From NCBI GenBank assembly GCA_965367815.1, contig CBDUKN010000007.1, forward strand, positions 49,669 through 113,668: 64,000 nt of DNA. The letters are read 5' to 3'. Of the stretch, positions 1 through 11,200 are shown in pieces; positions within the stretch are counted from its first letter, which is position 1; each line of letters starts with the position of its first letter. Origin of the DNA: an uncultured Thermoprotei archaeon (GTDB lineage: Archaea > Thermoproteota > Thermoprotei > Thermofilales > B15-G2). Under the pieces are notes generated by a model, which had not been told where the DNA came from, did no database searches, and saw only the letters and a program-made list of their open reading frames with translations. The translations under genes were made by a program, and so were the position numbers.

Positions 1-2
1 TA

Positions 3-1133
3 GGTATAATAACTATAAAAGCTTTAGGTGTAGAAGAATATTCTATTAAAAACTTTAAAGAAGAGAACAGTAGATACTTTGATTTGACAATGAAAGCTGC
101 TAAAGTGAGGGCAACGTATATACCGCTAGTATCACTCATAATTGGTATAGCTACAGTTATGATCCTCTACTATGGAGGAATCGAAACCATATTAGGAGCA
201 TTTACCGTAGGAAGTCTTTTAGCTTTTATAAGTTATCTTACAATGCTTGCATGGCCCTTCAGGTTTATAGGCTTCTTCGTGACATCTTTTCAGAGGTCAA
301 TGACTGCTGCAAAAAGAGTGTTCGATTTAATAGAGGCAGTCCCCGAAGTAAAAGAAAAACCTGATGCTATACCTATGCCTCCAATTAAAGGACACATTGT
401 CTTCGAAAATGTTAGCTTTGGCTTTAGCAAAGATAGACTTGTCCTAAAGAATATAAACCTTGAAATAAAGCCTGGAGAAAAAGTAGCTGTTGTAGGTCCA
501 ACAGGCTCAGGTAAAACGCTGCTAGTAATGATGATTCCAAGGTTCTTTGATCCGATTGAAGGAAGAATACTGATAGATGGAATTGATGTAAGAGATGTTA
601 AAATAAGATCTTTGCGCAAACAAATAGCGATAGTTCCTCAAGAACCCTATATTTTCGCCGGGACTATCAAAGATAATATTGCTTTCGGTAAGCCTAAAGC
701 CCGATTAGATGAAATAGTTAGGGCAGCAAAAATTGCTAGAATACACGATTTCATAGAGAAGCTTCCACAGAAATATGATACACTGGTTGGAGAAAGAGGA
801 ATAACGCTTTCCGGTGGGCAGAAGCAGAGAATAGCTATTGCAAGAGTTATTCTCGTAGACCCCAAGATACTCATACTAGATGACCCTACATCGAATCTCG
901 ATGCACAAACCGAGAAAGAATTTGTTGAGATGCTCAAAGACGTGATAAAAGGCAAGACTACAATTATTATAACTTCTAGACCAGCTTTACTCAAACTAGC
1001 AGACAGAATAGTCGTGCTGAAAGATGGAACTATTGTGGAAGAAGGAACCCACGAAGAGCTTCTCGCTAAAAAGGGTCTATATTACAGGCTTTATGAAGAG
1101 ATGGTTAAAATGGCTGAAGTTGAGGTGAAATAA
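3..1133 (+). CDS. ABC exporter half-transporter (TMD+NBD), 5'-truncated by window edge; degenerate-site subunit
   Basis: Frame open from base 3; Walker A GPTGSGKT, signature LSGGQKQ, Walker B ILILDD (D in place of catalytic E), H-loop replaced (ITSR). Confidence 0.9.
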   Translation, partial: GIITIKALGVEEYSIKNFKEENSRYFDLTMKAAKVRATYIPLVSLIIGIATVMILYYGGIETILGAFTVGSLLAFISYLTMLAWPFRFIGFFVTSFQRSMTAAKRVFDLIEAVPEVKEKPDAIPMPPIKGHIVFENVSFGFSKDRLVLKNINLEIKPGEKVAVVGPTGSGKTLLVMMIPRFFDPIEGRILIDGIDVRDVKIRSLRKQIAIVPQEPYIFAGTIKDNIAFGKPKARLDEIVRAAKIARIHDFIEKLPQKYDTLVGERGITLSGGQKQRIAIARVILVDPKILILDDPTSNLDAQTEKEFVEMLKDVIKGKTTIIITSRPALLKLADRIVVLKDGTIVEEGTHEELLAKKGLYYRLYEEMVKMAEVEVK

Positions 1134-2917
1134 TGCATAGAGCACTGTGGATGGAGCCTGTGAAAGGAGAACATAAAATACCTCTTAAGGTTCTTTTAAA
1201 AAGGCTAGCTAAATTACTGGCTCCGTATAAGTGGGTTCTCTTAGGAGTCTTCGTCGTAACTATTCTGTGCGCTTTAATAGGGCTTGTTCAACCCTATTTA
1301 ATTAAAGTCGCCATAGACAGCGGAATAAGTAAAGGCAATATGGAAGTGCTACTGAAGGCTTCAGCTTTATATCTGCTGGCAGTTGTGTCGCTCTGGGCTT
1401 TCGACTCAATAAGATCTTATTATTTCGAGTGGATAGGAAATAGATTTGTATACGACTTAAGAGAAAAATTATTCAATCACATGGTAGGCCTATCTCACAG
1501 CTTTTTCGCGAAATCTCGTGTAGGAGACCTTATAGCCCGTGTAATGAGCGACTGTGCCAGAGTAAGAGACGTTTTCATAAGTGGACTAGTAGCTGTAGCC
1601 GGCGACATTGTAAGCCTAGCAGGCGCACTAATCATAATGTTCATACTAAACGTTGAGCTAACACTAGTTACGCTCACAATTATTCCCGCTATGATTATTG
1701 CAGCCTACTTGTTTACAACTAGATTTAGGAGAGTCTTCATGAAAGTTAGGGAAAAAACTTCGGAGCTCACAACTAAAGTACAAGAAAGTGTCTCGGGTAT
1801 ACGTGAAATACAGGCTTTTGCTAAAGAAAAAAGAAGTCTAAGAGAGTTCTGTAAAGTCAGTGAAGAGGCTCTCGAAGCTAGAATAGAGGCTACAAAAACA
1901 TTTTCTCTTTTTCTGCCGCTAATGAACATTATAATCACAATAGGCTCGGCTCTAGTAATATGGTACGGCGGACTAATGGTTGTAGCAGGCAGAACTACTG
2001 TAGGAGTACTAGTAGCGTTTATAACCTATACATCTAGGTTCTTCAGGCCAATATTTACACTAGTATCAATGTACAATATAGTCCAAGAGGCGCTTGTCGC
2101 TTTAGAGAGAGTATTTGAGGTAATGGACGTTAAACCCGAAGTAGTCGACAAACCTGGAGCACTAGAACTAAAAGAAGTCAAAGGACATATAGTATTTGAA
2201 GACGTATGGTTCTCCTACGACAAAAAGACTCCTGTACTTAAAGGAGTGAGCTTTGAAGTCAGGCCTGGAGAAAAACTAGCGATAATTGGTCCTACTGGAG
2301 CAGGAAAAACAACAATTGTATATCTTCTCTGCAGGTTCTACGACCCCGATAAAGGGAGAGTTCTCGTAGATGGACACGACTTGAGAAATGTTAAGCAGAA
2401 GTCTCTAAGAAAATTCATAGGCTATGTTCCGCAAGACACTATACTTTTTCCAGGAACAGTAAAAGATAATATTAAAGTAAGTAAACCGGAGGCAAGCGAC
2501 GAAGAAGTAGTAGAAGTATGCAAGAAGCTCGGAATACACCACATAATAGAAAAGCTTCCTCAAGGATACGATACAGACATAGGTGAATTCGGTAAAAGAC
2601 TTTCAGCAGGCCAAAAACAGCTAATATCAATAGCTAGAGCACTTCTCAAGGATCCTCCGATACTGATACTAGACGAGGCAATGTCTAACGTCGATCCAGC
2701 TACAGAAAGCATAGTTAAGAGAGCTCTAGATATTCTGATGAAAAACAGAACTACTATAATAATAGCACATAGACTTACTCTAGCCAGAGACGCCGATAAA
2801 ATAATAGTAATTCAAGATGGCAGAATAATAGAAGAAGGCAGTCACGCCGGATTAATGGCGAAGAAAGGAGTATATTACAGACTTTATACAGCACAAATGG
2901 GAATAGCTGCTAAATAA
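1133..2917 (+). CDS. ABC exporter half-transporter (MsbA/TmrAB-like), consensus-site subunit
   Basis: Six-TM N-terminal half; GPTGAGKT, LSAGQKQ, ILILDE, IAHR; TAATG stop/start overlap with upstream gene. Confidence 0.92.
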   Translation: MHRALWMEPVKGEHKIPLKVLLKRLAKLLAPYKWVLLGVFVVTILCALIGLVQPYLIKVAIDSGISKGNMEVLLKASALYLLAVVSLWAFDSIRSYYFEWIGNRFVYDLREKLFNHMVGLSHSFFAKSRVGDLIARVMSDCARVRDVFISGLVAVAGDIVSLAGALIIMFILNVELTLVTLTIIPAMIIAAYLFTTRFRRVFMKVREKTSELTTKVQESVSGIREIQAFAKEKRSLREFCKVSEEALEARIEATKTFSLFLPLMNIIITIGSALVIWYGGLMVVAGRTTVGVLVAFITYTSRFFRPIFTLVSMYNIVQEALVALERVFEVMDVKPEVVDKPGALELKEVKGHIVFEDVWFSYDKKTPVLKGVSFEVRPGEKLAIIGPTGAGKTTIVYLLCRFYDPDKGRVLVDGHDLRNVKQKSLRKFIGYVPQDTILFPGTVKDNIKVSKPEASDEEVVEVCKKLGIHHIIEKLPQGYDTDIGEFGKRLSAGQKQLISIARALLKDPPILILDEAMSNVDPATESIVKRALDILMKNRTTIIIAHRLTLARDADKIIVIQDGRIIEEGSHAGLMAKKGVYYRLYTAQMGIAAK

Positions 2918-3476
2918 ACTCCTCGTTGTATTTTATCCCGATAGGACAGACTAGTACACATGATAAGCAAAATACACACTTATAGGTCTTAACTGAACTT
3001 AAGCCAATAGCGCCTACTGGACAAAAAGCTGTACAAGCTAAACAGTTCTCACAAGGATTAAAATCACCTAAAGCCTGTTTCTTTTCAAAAACCTTATCCA
3101 AAGCAACTCCCGCAACAACTACTCTAGGACCATACCTAGGTGTAACTAAACGCCCATTTCTTCCAACTACTCCTAAACCACCTTCCTCTGCATATTTCTC
3201 AAGAGGTAAATTAGTAAATGGCGGAATGTACTGAGCAAAAACACCTAGTGACTGTAGCTTTGATACAACATAAAATCCTATTTCAGAAGACTTTCTACAA
3301 GCTTCAATCATTTTAGAGAAAACGTTTCTCTTACTCAGCCCTATGAAGGGAATATAGTACACTAGAATAGACTTAACCCAAGGAAAAATCTCCGCTAAGA
3401 GACTATCAGCCTTAACTACACACCACTCAGTTAAACCTACTTCGTTCAGTACCTTTTCTAATGAGAATATATCCAC
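2910..3476 (-). CDS. Double [4Fe-4S] protein, epoxyqueuosine reductase/reductive dehalogenase-like family
   Basis: GLGVVGRNG..TPRYGPR motif, then CxxCxxCxxxCP twice (CENCLACTAFCP, CVFCLSCVLVCP). Confidence 0.75.
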   Translation of the reverse strand: MDIFSLEKVLNEVGLTEWCVVKADSLLAEIFPWVKSILVYYIPFIGLSKRNVFSKMIEACRKSSEIGFYVVSKLQSLGVFAQYIPPFTNLPLEKYAEEGGLGVVGRNGRLVTPRYGPRVVVAGVALDKVFEKKQALGDFNPCENCLACTAFCPVGAIGLSSVKTYKCVFCLSCVLVCPIGIKYNEEFI

Positions 3477-3564
3477 ATTAGCTTAGGCTTAAGAAAAGTA
3501 TTAATTATTTTCTGTAAACAGTAAAACCGAAAAATATACTAGCAGTCAAGCGAACTAGCCATAG

Positions 3565-5385
3565 ATGTATTTAACCGAAATAAAGTTCATACAAGAATAC
3601 TTCAAGCTGAAAAAACTATTTAGTAAACTGAAACACTATAGTAATATACTCAAAATATACTTTGGATTAAAGTTATATGAATTTATATTAAGATATCCTA
3701 ATGTGAATAAGTATAAATTAATAGAAATAGCTGAATTAAACAAAGATTTCTTTGCAATTAAAGTACTAGAAAAAATATTTGAAAGACCGAGCTATAAAGA
3801 GCTAGTCGAGTACATTATAGAGTCTGAAAACATTAAGCTAGACGGCAACGGAGTACCTTATGTCGAAAAGAAAACTGTCTTGCCGAGGCCTGTTGCATGG
3901 ACTATTGTAGGCTTTATTTTCAACAGTAATGTTGTTGAAAAATACATAGATTACTTAAAGCTGTGCATAAAAATAAGTGGTATAAAGGAGTTTCTAGAAG
4001 GTAAGCTAGAGAAGGTAGAGATTTTAGAGCCTCGAAAGTCTCTAAGCTATATTCTGTATAGCTTCCTTACAGGAAAGAATGTTTTATACAAGCAGGTTCT
4101 GCTTAAAGAACTTCTCAAAGCTAGATTTATACTATACTGTAAATTTGCTGAGGAGACGGGAAGAAAACCCTATAGTTTTTCAACTATCCTTTCAGAAAAC
4201 TATTTAAAAAGAATCGTTAACTTAGCTTACTTAAGTCTTAGAGAAAGATTTACTATCACACCTGCAGTAGCTCTTTCGGAAGACCTAATTCTATCTAAAA
4301 ATGTCTCATTCACAGTAGTCTACGGTAGCTTAAAGAGAGGCTTTATTAACGCTTTATGGGATTTAGCGAGAGATGTACACGAATACGATATCTTCTCTAA
4401 AAGCAACATAGTCTTTTCCGCCTGCCATTGGAAGAAGCTAGCTTTACTTGAAGACAAAATTCTGCTTGCAGAAGGTTTTGTAGGAGAAGGAGACAAAGTA
4501 GTGTACGGGTCTTTAAAGTATCTTCCAGAAGTAAAATGTGTTTTCTTTCTGAACTTTCCATACGGAAAGGAAATAAGTCTTCACAAACATTTATCTGAGA
4601 TTTTTTCGCAGAGAGACATTATTCAAGTAAATCCCTATTTTTCATCTAAAATAGCTGATAGCAAGTACTTAACTAATATTGTTTTAAAGAAAGCGAAAAT
4701 AAATATTCCTGCTCAGTTGAGGCTCCTCAGGGGCTTAAATTTAAGCTACTGTATAGAGCAGATAAAAGCTTTTTCGAGAGAGCTTGGAGCATCTATACTT
4801 GTAGTAAAGCCTGAGCACGGAACTGAGGGAATACAAGCTGAAGCCTTAGAGTTGTCTAACGAAAGAAAACTAATGCAGTGCTTGCAGAGAATTCTTCAAA
4901 GCGATAACGCCGTAGTAGAAGAGCTAAGAGGCAACATAGGGTACTTAGGATATCCTACTGTATTTAGAGTAGTTGTTTCATGGAACGGCGAAGACTTTGA
5001 GTGCGAAGGAGGATACGCTATAGTGTCTCCAGCTAAAAGGGAGTACATTGCTTCGGTATCACATGGAGGAAGAATAGTGGACATAAATACTGCTTTAAAA
5101 AACCTTTACACTTACAGTGAGCTGAAGCAAGTAAACGTGAATTCAGAAATACTAGTTTCTTCTTCTAAAAGAGCCGCTAAAGTACTGAATACTGGTTTCA
5201 GTGAAGAAGACTACTTGAAGTACATGGGCATAGACTTAGTACTTGAGCAGAGAAGTAAAGAAATCGAAGCAGTTGTCATTGAAGTAAATGCGAGACCTAG
5301 CGGTCTAAGTTTCCTAAAGAAAATAGACTCAGGTGAAGTAAACGTTATAAAAAATTTGTTAAAGTATTTAAAGAGATTCGAGTAA
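3565..5385 (+). CDS. Hypothetical protein with C-terminal ATP-grasp domain
   Basis: DSKY..INIP, LVVKPEHGTEG, VVEE, ASVSHGG, MGIDLV, IEVNARPSG are ATP-grasp hallmarks; N-terminal ~300 aa not recognised. Confidence 0.75.
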   Translation: MYLTEIKFIQEYFKLKKLFSKLKHYSNILKIYFGLKLYEFILRYPNVNKYKLIEIAELNKDFFAIKVLEKIFERPSYKELVEYIIESENIKLDGNGVPYVEKKTVLPRPVAWTIVGFIFNSNVVEKYIDYLKLCIKISGIKEFLEGKLEKVEILEPRKSLSYILYSFLTGKNVLYKQVLLKELLKARFILYCKFAEETGRKPYSFSTILSENYLKRIVNLAYLSLRERFTITPAVALSEDLILSKNVSFTVVYGSLKRGFINALWDLARDVHEYDIFSKSNIVFSACHWKKLALLEDKILLAEGFVGEGDKVVYGSLKYLPEVKCVFFLNFPYGKEISLHKHLSEIFSQRDIIQVNPYFSSKIADSKYLTNIVLKKAKINIPAQLRLLRGLNLSYCIEQIKAFSRELGASILVVKPEHGTEGIQAEALELSNERKLMQCLQRILQSDNAVVEELRGNIGYLGYPTVFRVVVSWNGEDFECEGGYAIVSPAKREYIASVSHGGRIVDINTALKNLYTYSELKQVNVNSEILVSSSKRAAKVLNTGFSEEDYLKYMGIDLVLEQRSKEIEAVVIEVNARPSGLSFLKKIDSGEVNVIKNLLKYLKRFE

Positions 5386-5865
5386 AGCAGCAGCTTCTTT
5401 AACTTTGTTTAAAGCTTCAGAAACTTTCTCTTTATAGGTATTCAGTTTATTCTCAGCCTCTTCTAGTTTCTTTTTAACTTCTTCTAGCTCAGCTTTGAGT
5501 TTCTCTATATCTTCTTTAGGCGCAGCCCTAACTAAGGGAACTTCTATCTTTACTCCTTCTCTAGCAAAGCGTTCGTAAGTTTCTCTCACAAGTTTTCCTG
5601 CCTCAGTTTTACCAGACAGGTGATTTCTAATAGTAGCTTCAGTTCTACCTAGTTCTTCAGCTATCATTGATATCGTGTAGCCAGCTTTTTCTCTAGCTAA
5701 AGCTGCGGCAGCTACTCCGAGAGAATCTAGCCAAGTTAAGCGTTCTTCAGCATGCTTCATTTTCTCTAAAACATCTTCTCTGAGTAGAGTAGCTATCATT
5801 AAGGCAGTTTCAAGTTTATGAATATCGCTCTTAGTCAAAGGCTTGAGAGGAATTTCTTCGCTCAT
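5368..5865 (-). CDS. HTH transcriptional regulator (COG1318/TIGR03879-like) with C-terminal coiled coil
   Basis: ERLTWLDSL..AAAALAREKAG..IAEELGRTEATIRNHL..KTEAG matches this archaeal family; heptad tail. Confidence 0.75.
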   Translation of the reverse strand: MSEEIPLKPLTKSDIHKLETALMIATLLREDVLEKMKHAEERLTWLDSLGVAAAALAREKAGYTISMIAEELGRTEATIRNHLSGKTEAGKLVRETYERFAREGVKIEVPLVRAAPKEDIEKLKAELEEVKKKLEEAENKLNTYKEKVSEALNKVKEAAALLESL

Positions 5866-5873
5866 ACTATAAT

Positions 5874-5895
5874 ATATACTGGATTTACAGTATAT
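5874..5895. promoter_or_regulatory. Inverted repeat ATATACTG-N6-CAGTATAT, candidate operator
   Basis: Perfect 8-bp arms between the start codon of the HTH gene and its AT-rich TATA-like region. Confidence 0.5.
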
Positions 5896-5983
5896 TATTT
5901 AATCGCCTAAATTTCTTCTCGATCTCGCGGAAAGCTAATAGTATATGCGTTAAGTAAATTAAAGACTTGTTCAACGAATAGGT

Positions 5984-6859
5984 GTGCACGTATTCATAAG
6001 TCATATTTGTCTCCAGTGTCTAGGTAAGCTAGCATACTACTTCGTATCGAAGACTAAGCTCAGTGAAGAAGAGAAAATAAGGGCTACAGCACACCTCTAC
6101 AGAAAGATAGCCGAGCTATTTGAAGGAGATTTAAGCAACTACATGGAGATCTGCGCCAACTTCTACTTAGAAGTATTCAAGGTCACTGGTGAAGAAGACT
6201 TATTTGCTGAAGAAAAGAAGCTGAGCAATGAAATAGCTTTCAAGCTACTTGACTTAGCTAAACAGCATGCCGAAACTCTCAGCGGAGCAATTAAAGTAGC
6301 TGCTGTCGGAAATGCACTAGACTTCGGTACAGGCGTATACGAGGTTTCCCTAGAAGATTTCAAGAAAGAGTTTTCTGAACTTGTATCTCGGGAATTCGCT
6401 ATAAACGACTACAGTGTATTCGTAGAAGACTTAAAGAAGTCTCAGAACATACTCTATGTTCTCGACAATGCTGGAGAAGCAGTATTTGATTTAGTGCTAG
6501 TAGAAAAACTGAAAGAATATGTAGATGAAGTAATTGTAGCGGCGCGAGACAAGCCTGTACAAAACGACGTGACGGCAAAAGAGGCTCTAGAACTAGGCTT
6601 CAGAAAAATAGCTAAAGTTATCAGTACTGGGTCTAGAGTACCTGGAATTTATTTAAAGACATGTAGCAGCGAATTCATTGAGATCTTGAAGAACAGCGAC
6701 CTTGTTGTTCTCAAAGGACAGGGCAATTACCAGTCAATAGATGAAATAAAGAAAGTTAGAAGCAAGCCTACGTACGCTATTCTGAGAGCAAAGTGTCCTC
6801 CAGTAGCAAAAGCTCTTGGCGTGAAGTACGGAGACTTTGTTTTCAAGAAGCTGATTTAA
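5984..6859 (+). CDS. DUF89/ARMT1-like damage-control metal-dependent phosphatase
   Basis: N-terminal CxxC, GNALD, DNAGE..FD, ND, KGQGNY, AKC motifs. Confidence 0.88.
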   Translation: MHVFISHICLQCLGKLAYYFVSKTKLSEEEKIRATAHLYRKIAELFEGDLSNYMEICANFYLEVFKVTGEEDLFAEEKKLSNEIAFKLLDLAKQHAETLSGAIKVAAVGNALDFGTGVYEVSLEDFKKEFSELVSREFAINDYSVFVEDLKKSQNILYVLDNAGEAVFDLVLVEKLKEYVDEVIVAARDKPVQNDVTAKEALELGFRKIAKVISTGSRVPGIYLKTCSSEFIEILKNSDLVVLKGQGNYQSIDEIKKVRSKPTYAILRAKCPPVAKALGVKYGDFVFKKLI

Positions 6860-6923
6860 CGGAAAGAGAAAATCGAGACTTTTAGTACACATGCTTTTTA
6901 TATAGCAAGCTGAGGTAATTGCC

Positions 6924-8237
6924 GTGTACAAGAAAATAGTATTCTTCATACTCACACTTATTTCCTCGTTTGTAATAATGTATAGCGTAGTATCGAAGTG
7001 TCCTCTACTGCCCGGCATAGACGGTCCCTACTACTTAGTTCAGACAAATTATCTCTTAAAGTACTTTAAGCTAAAATACATGGATCCTCCTTTGGCTTTC
7101 TTTATTCTAGCTTTCTTCAGATTGTTTATAAGCGACCCCTTTGTAGCGCTTAAAGTAGGAATAACAGTAATTACGTCAAATATAGCAGCCACTATTTTCC
7201 TTTACTCAGATTACTTCACTAAAGACGAAATACAGGCTTTCTTAATTTCGCTTATATTTGTCTTAAACAGCACTACATTTAGACTGCTGCAAGACTTCTG
7301 GAAAAACATAACTGGCTTCATTTGGATAGTTCTGTCGCTGTATTTTACTGCAAGAGGGGTAAACGAGAACAACAGAAAGTACTGTATCTTAGCCTCACTA
7401 TTCATAGTGCTGACCTATTTAACACATATACTTGACGCAGGAACCATTACCTTGATCTATCTATTTACACCATTTTTTCTTCTAATACACTCTACTAAAA
7501 GTGTTAAGAAAGTATGGGTTCAGGTAGCTACAGCAGCATTAATGCTTGCAGCAGCTTTCGCAGCGCCAATAATTGTCGGAGGAGATATAGCCAAAGGAGT
7601 AGCCTTTATTGAAGACTTACTGGAGCTAGAGAAAGAGGTAGAAGAATTTCCGCCTATTATTGCTGTAAGGTGGTCGTTTACAGGACTTCTCTTCGGTGCA
7701 GCCTGCTTAATCTTTTCAATATACTATATTAAAAGAAAGCCTGTGTGCAGTATACTGGGAGCAATAGGTGTAGCTTTAATAGCGCTAAATTTACCTTTCA
7801 TTGAAAGAGGCTGGCTATGGAGATTTCAGTTAATGAATGGACTTCTCATAACTTTAGCTCTTCCAGTAATTTTAGCGGAAATCGAAGACAAGACCGCTAA
7901 AATAGCTATACTTCTTCTAATTCTAGGCTTTGTTGTATACGACTCTGCCTACTACTTCGACAGAGGACTCCGTATGAGCATATCTTTAGCTGAATACGCT
8001 GAAATAAAGCTTCTTGTGAAAAAGCTCCCTCCAGGCGCAACTCTAGTAGTACCTAATACTAAGCTAAGGTACTGGATTGAAACATTTTGCGAAAATGTAG
8101 TTAGACAGCCGACAGGAGCTGAGGGAAAGCTTATTCTAGTAATTGAGAAAAGAGTAGTGCACAAAAGACCTCCTTGGCCTGTGTTTTTCAGAGGAAAATT
8201 TATTGAAGCATACATTATATTGAAAAAGAGACCTTAA
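6924..8237 (+). CDS. Polytopic membrane protein, probable GT-C-fold glycosyltransferase (PMT/ArnT-like)
   Basis: TM1 followed by DGPYY...DPPL loop; ~11 hydrophobic segments; soluble C-terminal tail. Confidence 0.55.
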   Translation: MYKKIVFFILTLISSFVIMYSVVSKCPLLPGIDGPYYLVQTNYLLKYFKLKYMDPPLAFFILAFFRLFISDPFVALKVGITVITSNIAATIFLYSDYFTKDEIQAFLISLIFVLNSTTFRLLQDFWKNITGFIWIVLSLYFTARGVNENNRKYCILASLFIVLTYLTHILDAGTITLIYLFTPFFLLIHSTKSVKKVWVQVATAALMLAAAFAAPIIVGGDIAKGVAFIEDLLELEKEVEEFPPIIAVRWSFTGLLFGAACLIFSIYYIKRKPVCSILGAIGVALIALNLPFIERGWLWRFQLMNGLLITLALPVILAEIEDKTAKIAILLLILGFVVYDSAYYFDRGLRMSISLAEYAEIKLLVKKLPPGATLVVPNTKLRYWIETFCENVVRQPTGAEGKLILVIEKRVVHKRPPWPVFFRGKFIEAYIILKKRP

Positions 8238-8255
8238 GTTTCACAGGGTAGAAGT

Positions 8256-8291
8256 TTTTTATAATAGATAATATACAGTACCTTGAGGTGT
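8256..8291 (+). promoter_or_regulatory. TATA box (TTTTTATAA) and RBS (GAGGTG) upstream of first FtsX-like gene
   Basis: TTTTTATAA about 30 nt upstream of ATG 8293; GAGGTG just before the start. Confidence 0.5.
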
Positions 8292-8292
8292 T

Positions 8293-11200
8293 ATGCTTAA
8301 AGGGAAATTATTAGCTTTCATACTAGGATTAACTCTAATATCAGCGGCTCTGCTAGCGCCTATTTCAGCTGTACCAATGTTTACCATAAGAGGATATGTT
8401 AAAACATGGAAAGGAGAGCCTCACACCAATACTATAGTCGTGGCATTCGATATAGCAAACTACGAAGTAAGAGGAGTGACTAAAACAAATGCTAGCGGAT
8501 ACTTTGAAATTACAGTACCGAGAGGCTATAAGTACGTAGTATTTATTCTGCCGCTCAACGCTAATGGAACAGCTCTAAGCCATGTACCAGAAATAGCCGA
8601 CTTACATTCATTTGAAGACTTAGTTGAAGTCACTATAAACTTCAAGGCATACCCAGCAGCATTTGTTAAAGTCTACGGAACAATACACTATGTTGGGGGA
8701 GATTGGCTCGAAATATTTTCACTTAAAGTACTAGATACAAGCGGAACAAGGATATCTGAAGTACTAGACGCAGGTAAAGCAGTATACTCAAGAGAGTTCG
8801 TGGGTAAAGGTGAAGTAAAAGTATCTCTTGTCGACGAATATGGCACAGCGTCAAGTTTCCTCGTATACTATGAAGTAGGAGTAAGGAGAGGAAAACTGCC
8901 TGCAGGTCTAGCCGATAAAAGCATAGCTATAGTTCCTGCAGAAAAACCAGTTATAGTTGAGTTCACGACAAGCATAATAGATAACCGTAAGCCACCGTTC
9001 CTTAGAGAACCAATACACAGAGTAAAATTCACTATAGGAGATCCACTCAACCCGCTAACACTAAAACCCGGAGAAAAAGTATTATTTGATATCGAGAAAG
9101 AGTCCTTGAAGAGAATTATCCAGGAAGTTAGAAGAGACGTCGATATAGCTGAATCACTCATAGAAGAAATGGAGCGAATGGGCTTCTACCTAGCTCCAGA
9201 GAGAGCAGACTTAGCTAAAGCTATAGCGCTAATAGAAGAAGCAAAGCTCGCCTATGAGCAGAACCAGCCAGTAGAGCAGATAATAGAGAAGCTTGAGAGA
9301 GCATACGTTATAGCGACACAAGTAGTAGCTGGACGAGTATTTTTCCTCAAAACAGTTGCTTTAGAGGGAGCGCCTCTTCTCTCATACTTCATAGCACTCT
9401 TCGCAGCAGTAATGGCCTACTACTTCTTCGAAGACCCCAAGAAAAAACTATACTCGTTCATAGCGTTCTTCGCAGCCTTCATGATAATATTCGCGCTATC
9501 TTACCCAGGATTCCCACTACTATGGAACAACAGAAGAGACCTCTTCCTAATCTCAGTATCTACAGCCTTCTTCGGAGTACTCTTCTTACTATTCTACTTA
9601 CCCATCAAAATAAAGGAAGCAGAGCTCCCAGGAACATTCAGAAGAGGAGCAATACTGGCAGTAACATTCTCACTTGCAAAGAGATTCTCTAGACTCAAGA
9701 AAACTAGAACAGGTATAGTAGTGTTCTCTCTAGCGGCTCTAATCTGGGCGTTTACAGTACTAGCATCTATTTCAACAGTATACGGCATATGGAGCGCTGA
9801 AGTACCTTCAGTAACCAAGGTAAACGCGCTAGTGGTAAAGCACTTAATAAATGAGACAACTATAAGTTCACTAGGCTATTTCTCTGACTACCAGTGGTTC
9901 GTCCAGCAGCTAGGCAACGATAGTGTATCAGTAGTAGTCTATAACGATCCGACAATTAAGCTAACTATACTCATTACTTCACCTGAAGGAAAATCTGTTG
10001 AAGTCAAAGCCTTCATGGGAGTCTCAGAGATAGAAGACAAAATTACAGGCATATCAAAAATAATAGTTGAAGGAGACTGGTCAAAAGTAGAGGAAAAGAA
10101 CTCTGTCTTCTTACCTTCAACTCTAGCTGAGAAGCTTGGAGTGAAAGTAGGAGATGTAGTTAAAATAGAAGTATATAGGCCGGGAGTAGAAATACCTGTA
10201 TCAGAAAAATACGTTGTCGCAGGAATATTTGATGAACTGTCTCTAGACAGAATAAAAGATATCGATGGAACACCGCTTAAACCACTAGTTCTAGTGAAAG
10301 GAGGCTTTGCTCCAGCAAACTCAACAGACATAATTATTGGCAACTGGGAGTACTTACTCAAAGAAGTTCTCCTTGAAGAGAAAGCACTATTCTCAACAGT
10401 ATTTAAGATATACAGAATAGCTGCAGTAGGGTCATCAGATGTACTGAAGAGCGTAGCCAGAAGATATATTGAAAGAAAAGGTGAAGGCTACTATGTTTAC
10501 GTAAATACTGAAGGCAAGTGCTACAAACTTTTCTTCGGACAGAAAGTAGAAAACATCTTAATGAGAAACGTTGACTTCATAATACCAATAGCAATAGTAA
10601 TCTCGGTAGTACTTGTATCAATGTACAGTATAGTAGAGGAAAGAAGAAGAGAAATATTTATCTTCAACGCTATAGGCTTCAATCCAATGCACATAGCCTT
10701 CCTATTCTTAGCGGAGTCAATAGTCTACGGACTCATATCAGGAGGCCTAGGATACATAGCTGGAATAGTCACCTTCAGAGTAATGGCAACATACTTCTCG
10801 TCACTAAACCTCCTAGTAAGAGAAAAGCTAGAGTGGTACTGGAGCATCATAGCAATATTTATCTCAATACTAGTAGCCATGATCGCTTCCTTCAAGCCAG
10901 CACTCAAAGCAGCCATGATGTACACTCCATCAAGAGTACGCAGAGTAAAGGCCACTGAGGCAGAAAAACTCAAACGCGAAGAAAAAATCCTAGTAACCTA
11001 CGTAGGCAAGAGGTATCTACTATCAGCTAAAATCAAGGAAGATGAGGCCGTAATATTCTTCTCGTTTATATACTCAAGGCTCAAGGACATGGAGTCAGGA
11101 TACACTGAGAGAGTAGAAGATCTGCAGGAATATGATGAAGAAGAGCTTCCCGACGGAACACTAGTAAAGAGATTCACCTTCAAGTGCGTGCTCTTAGTTG

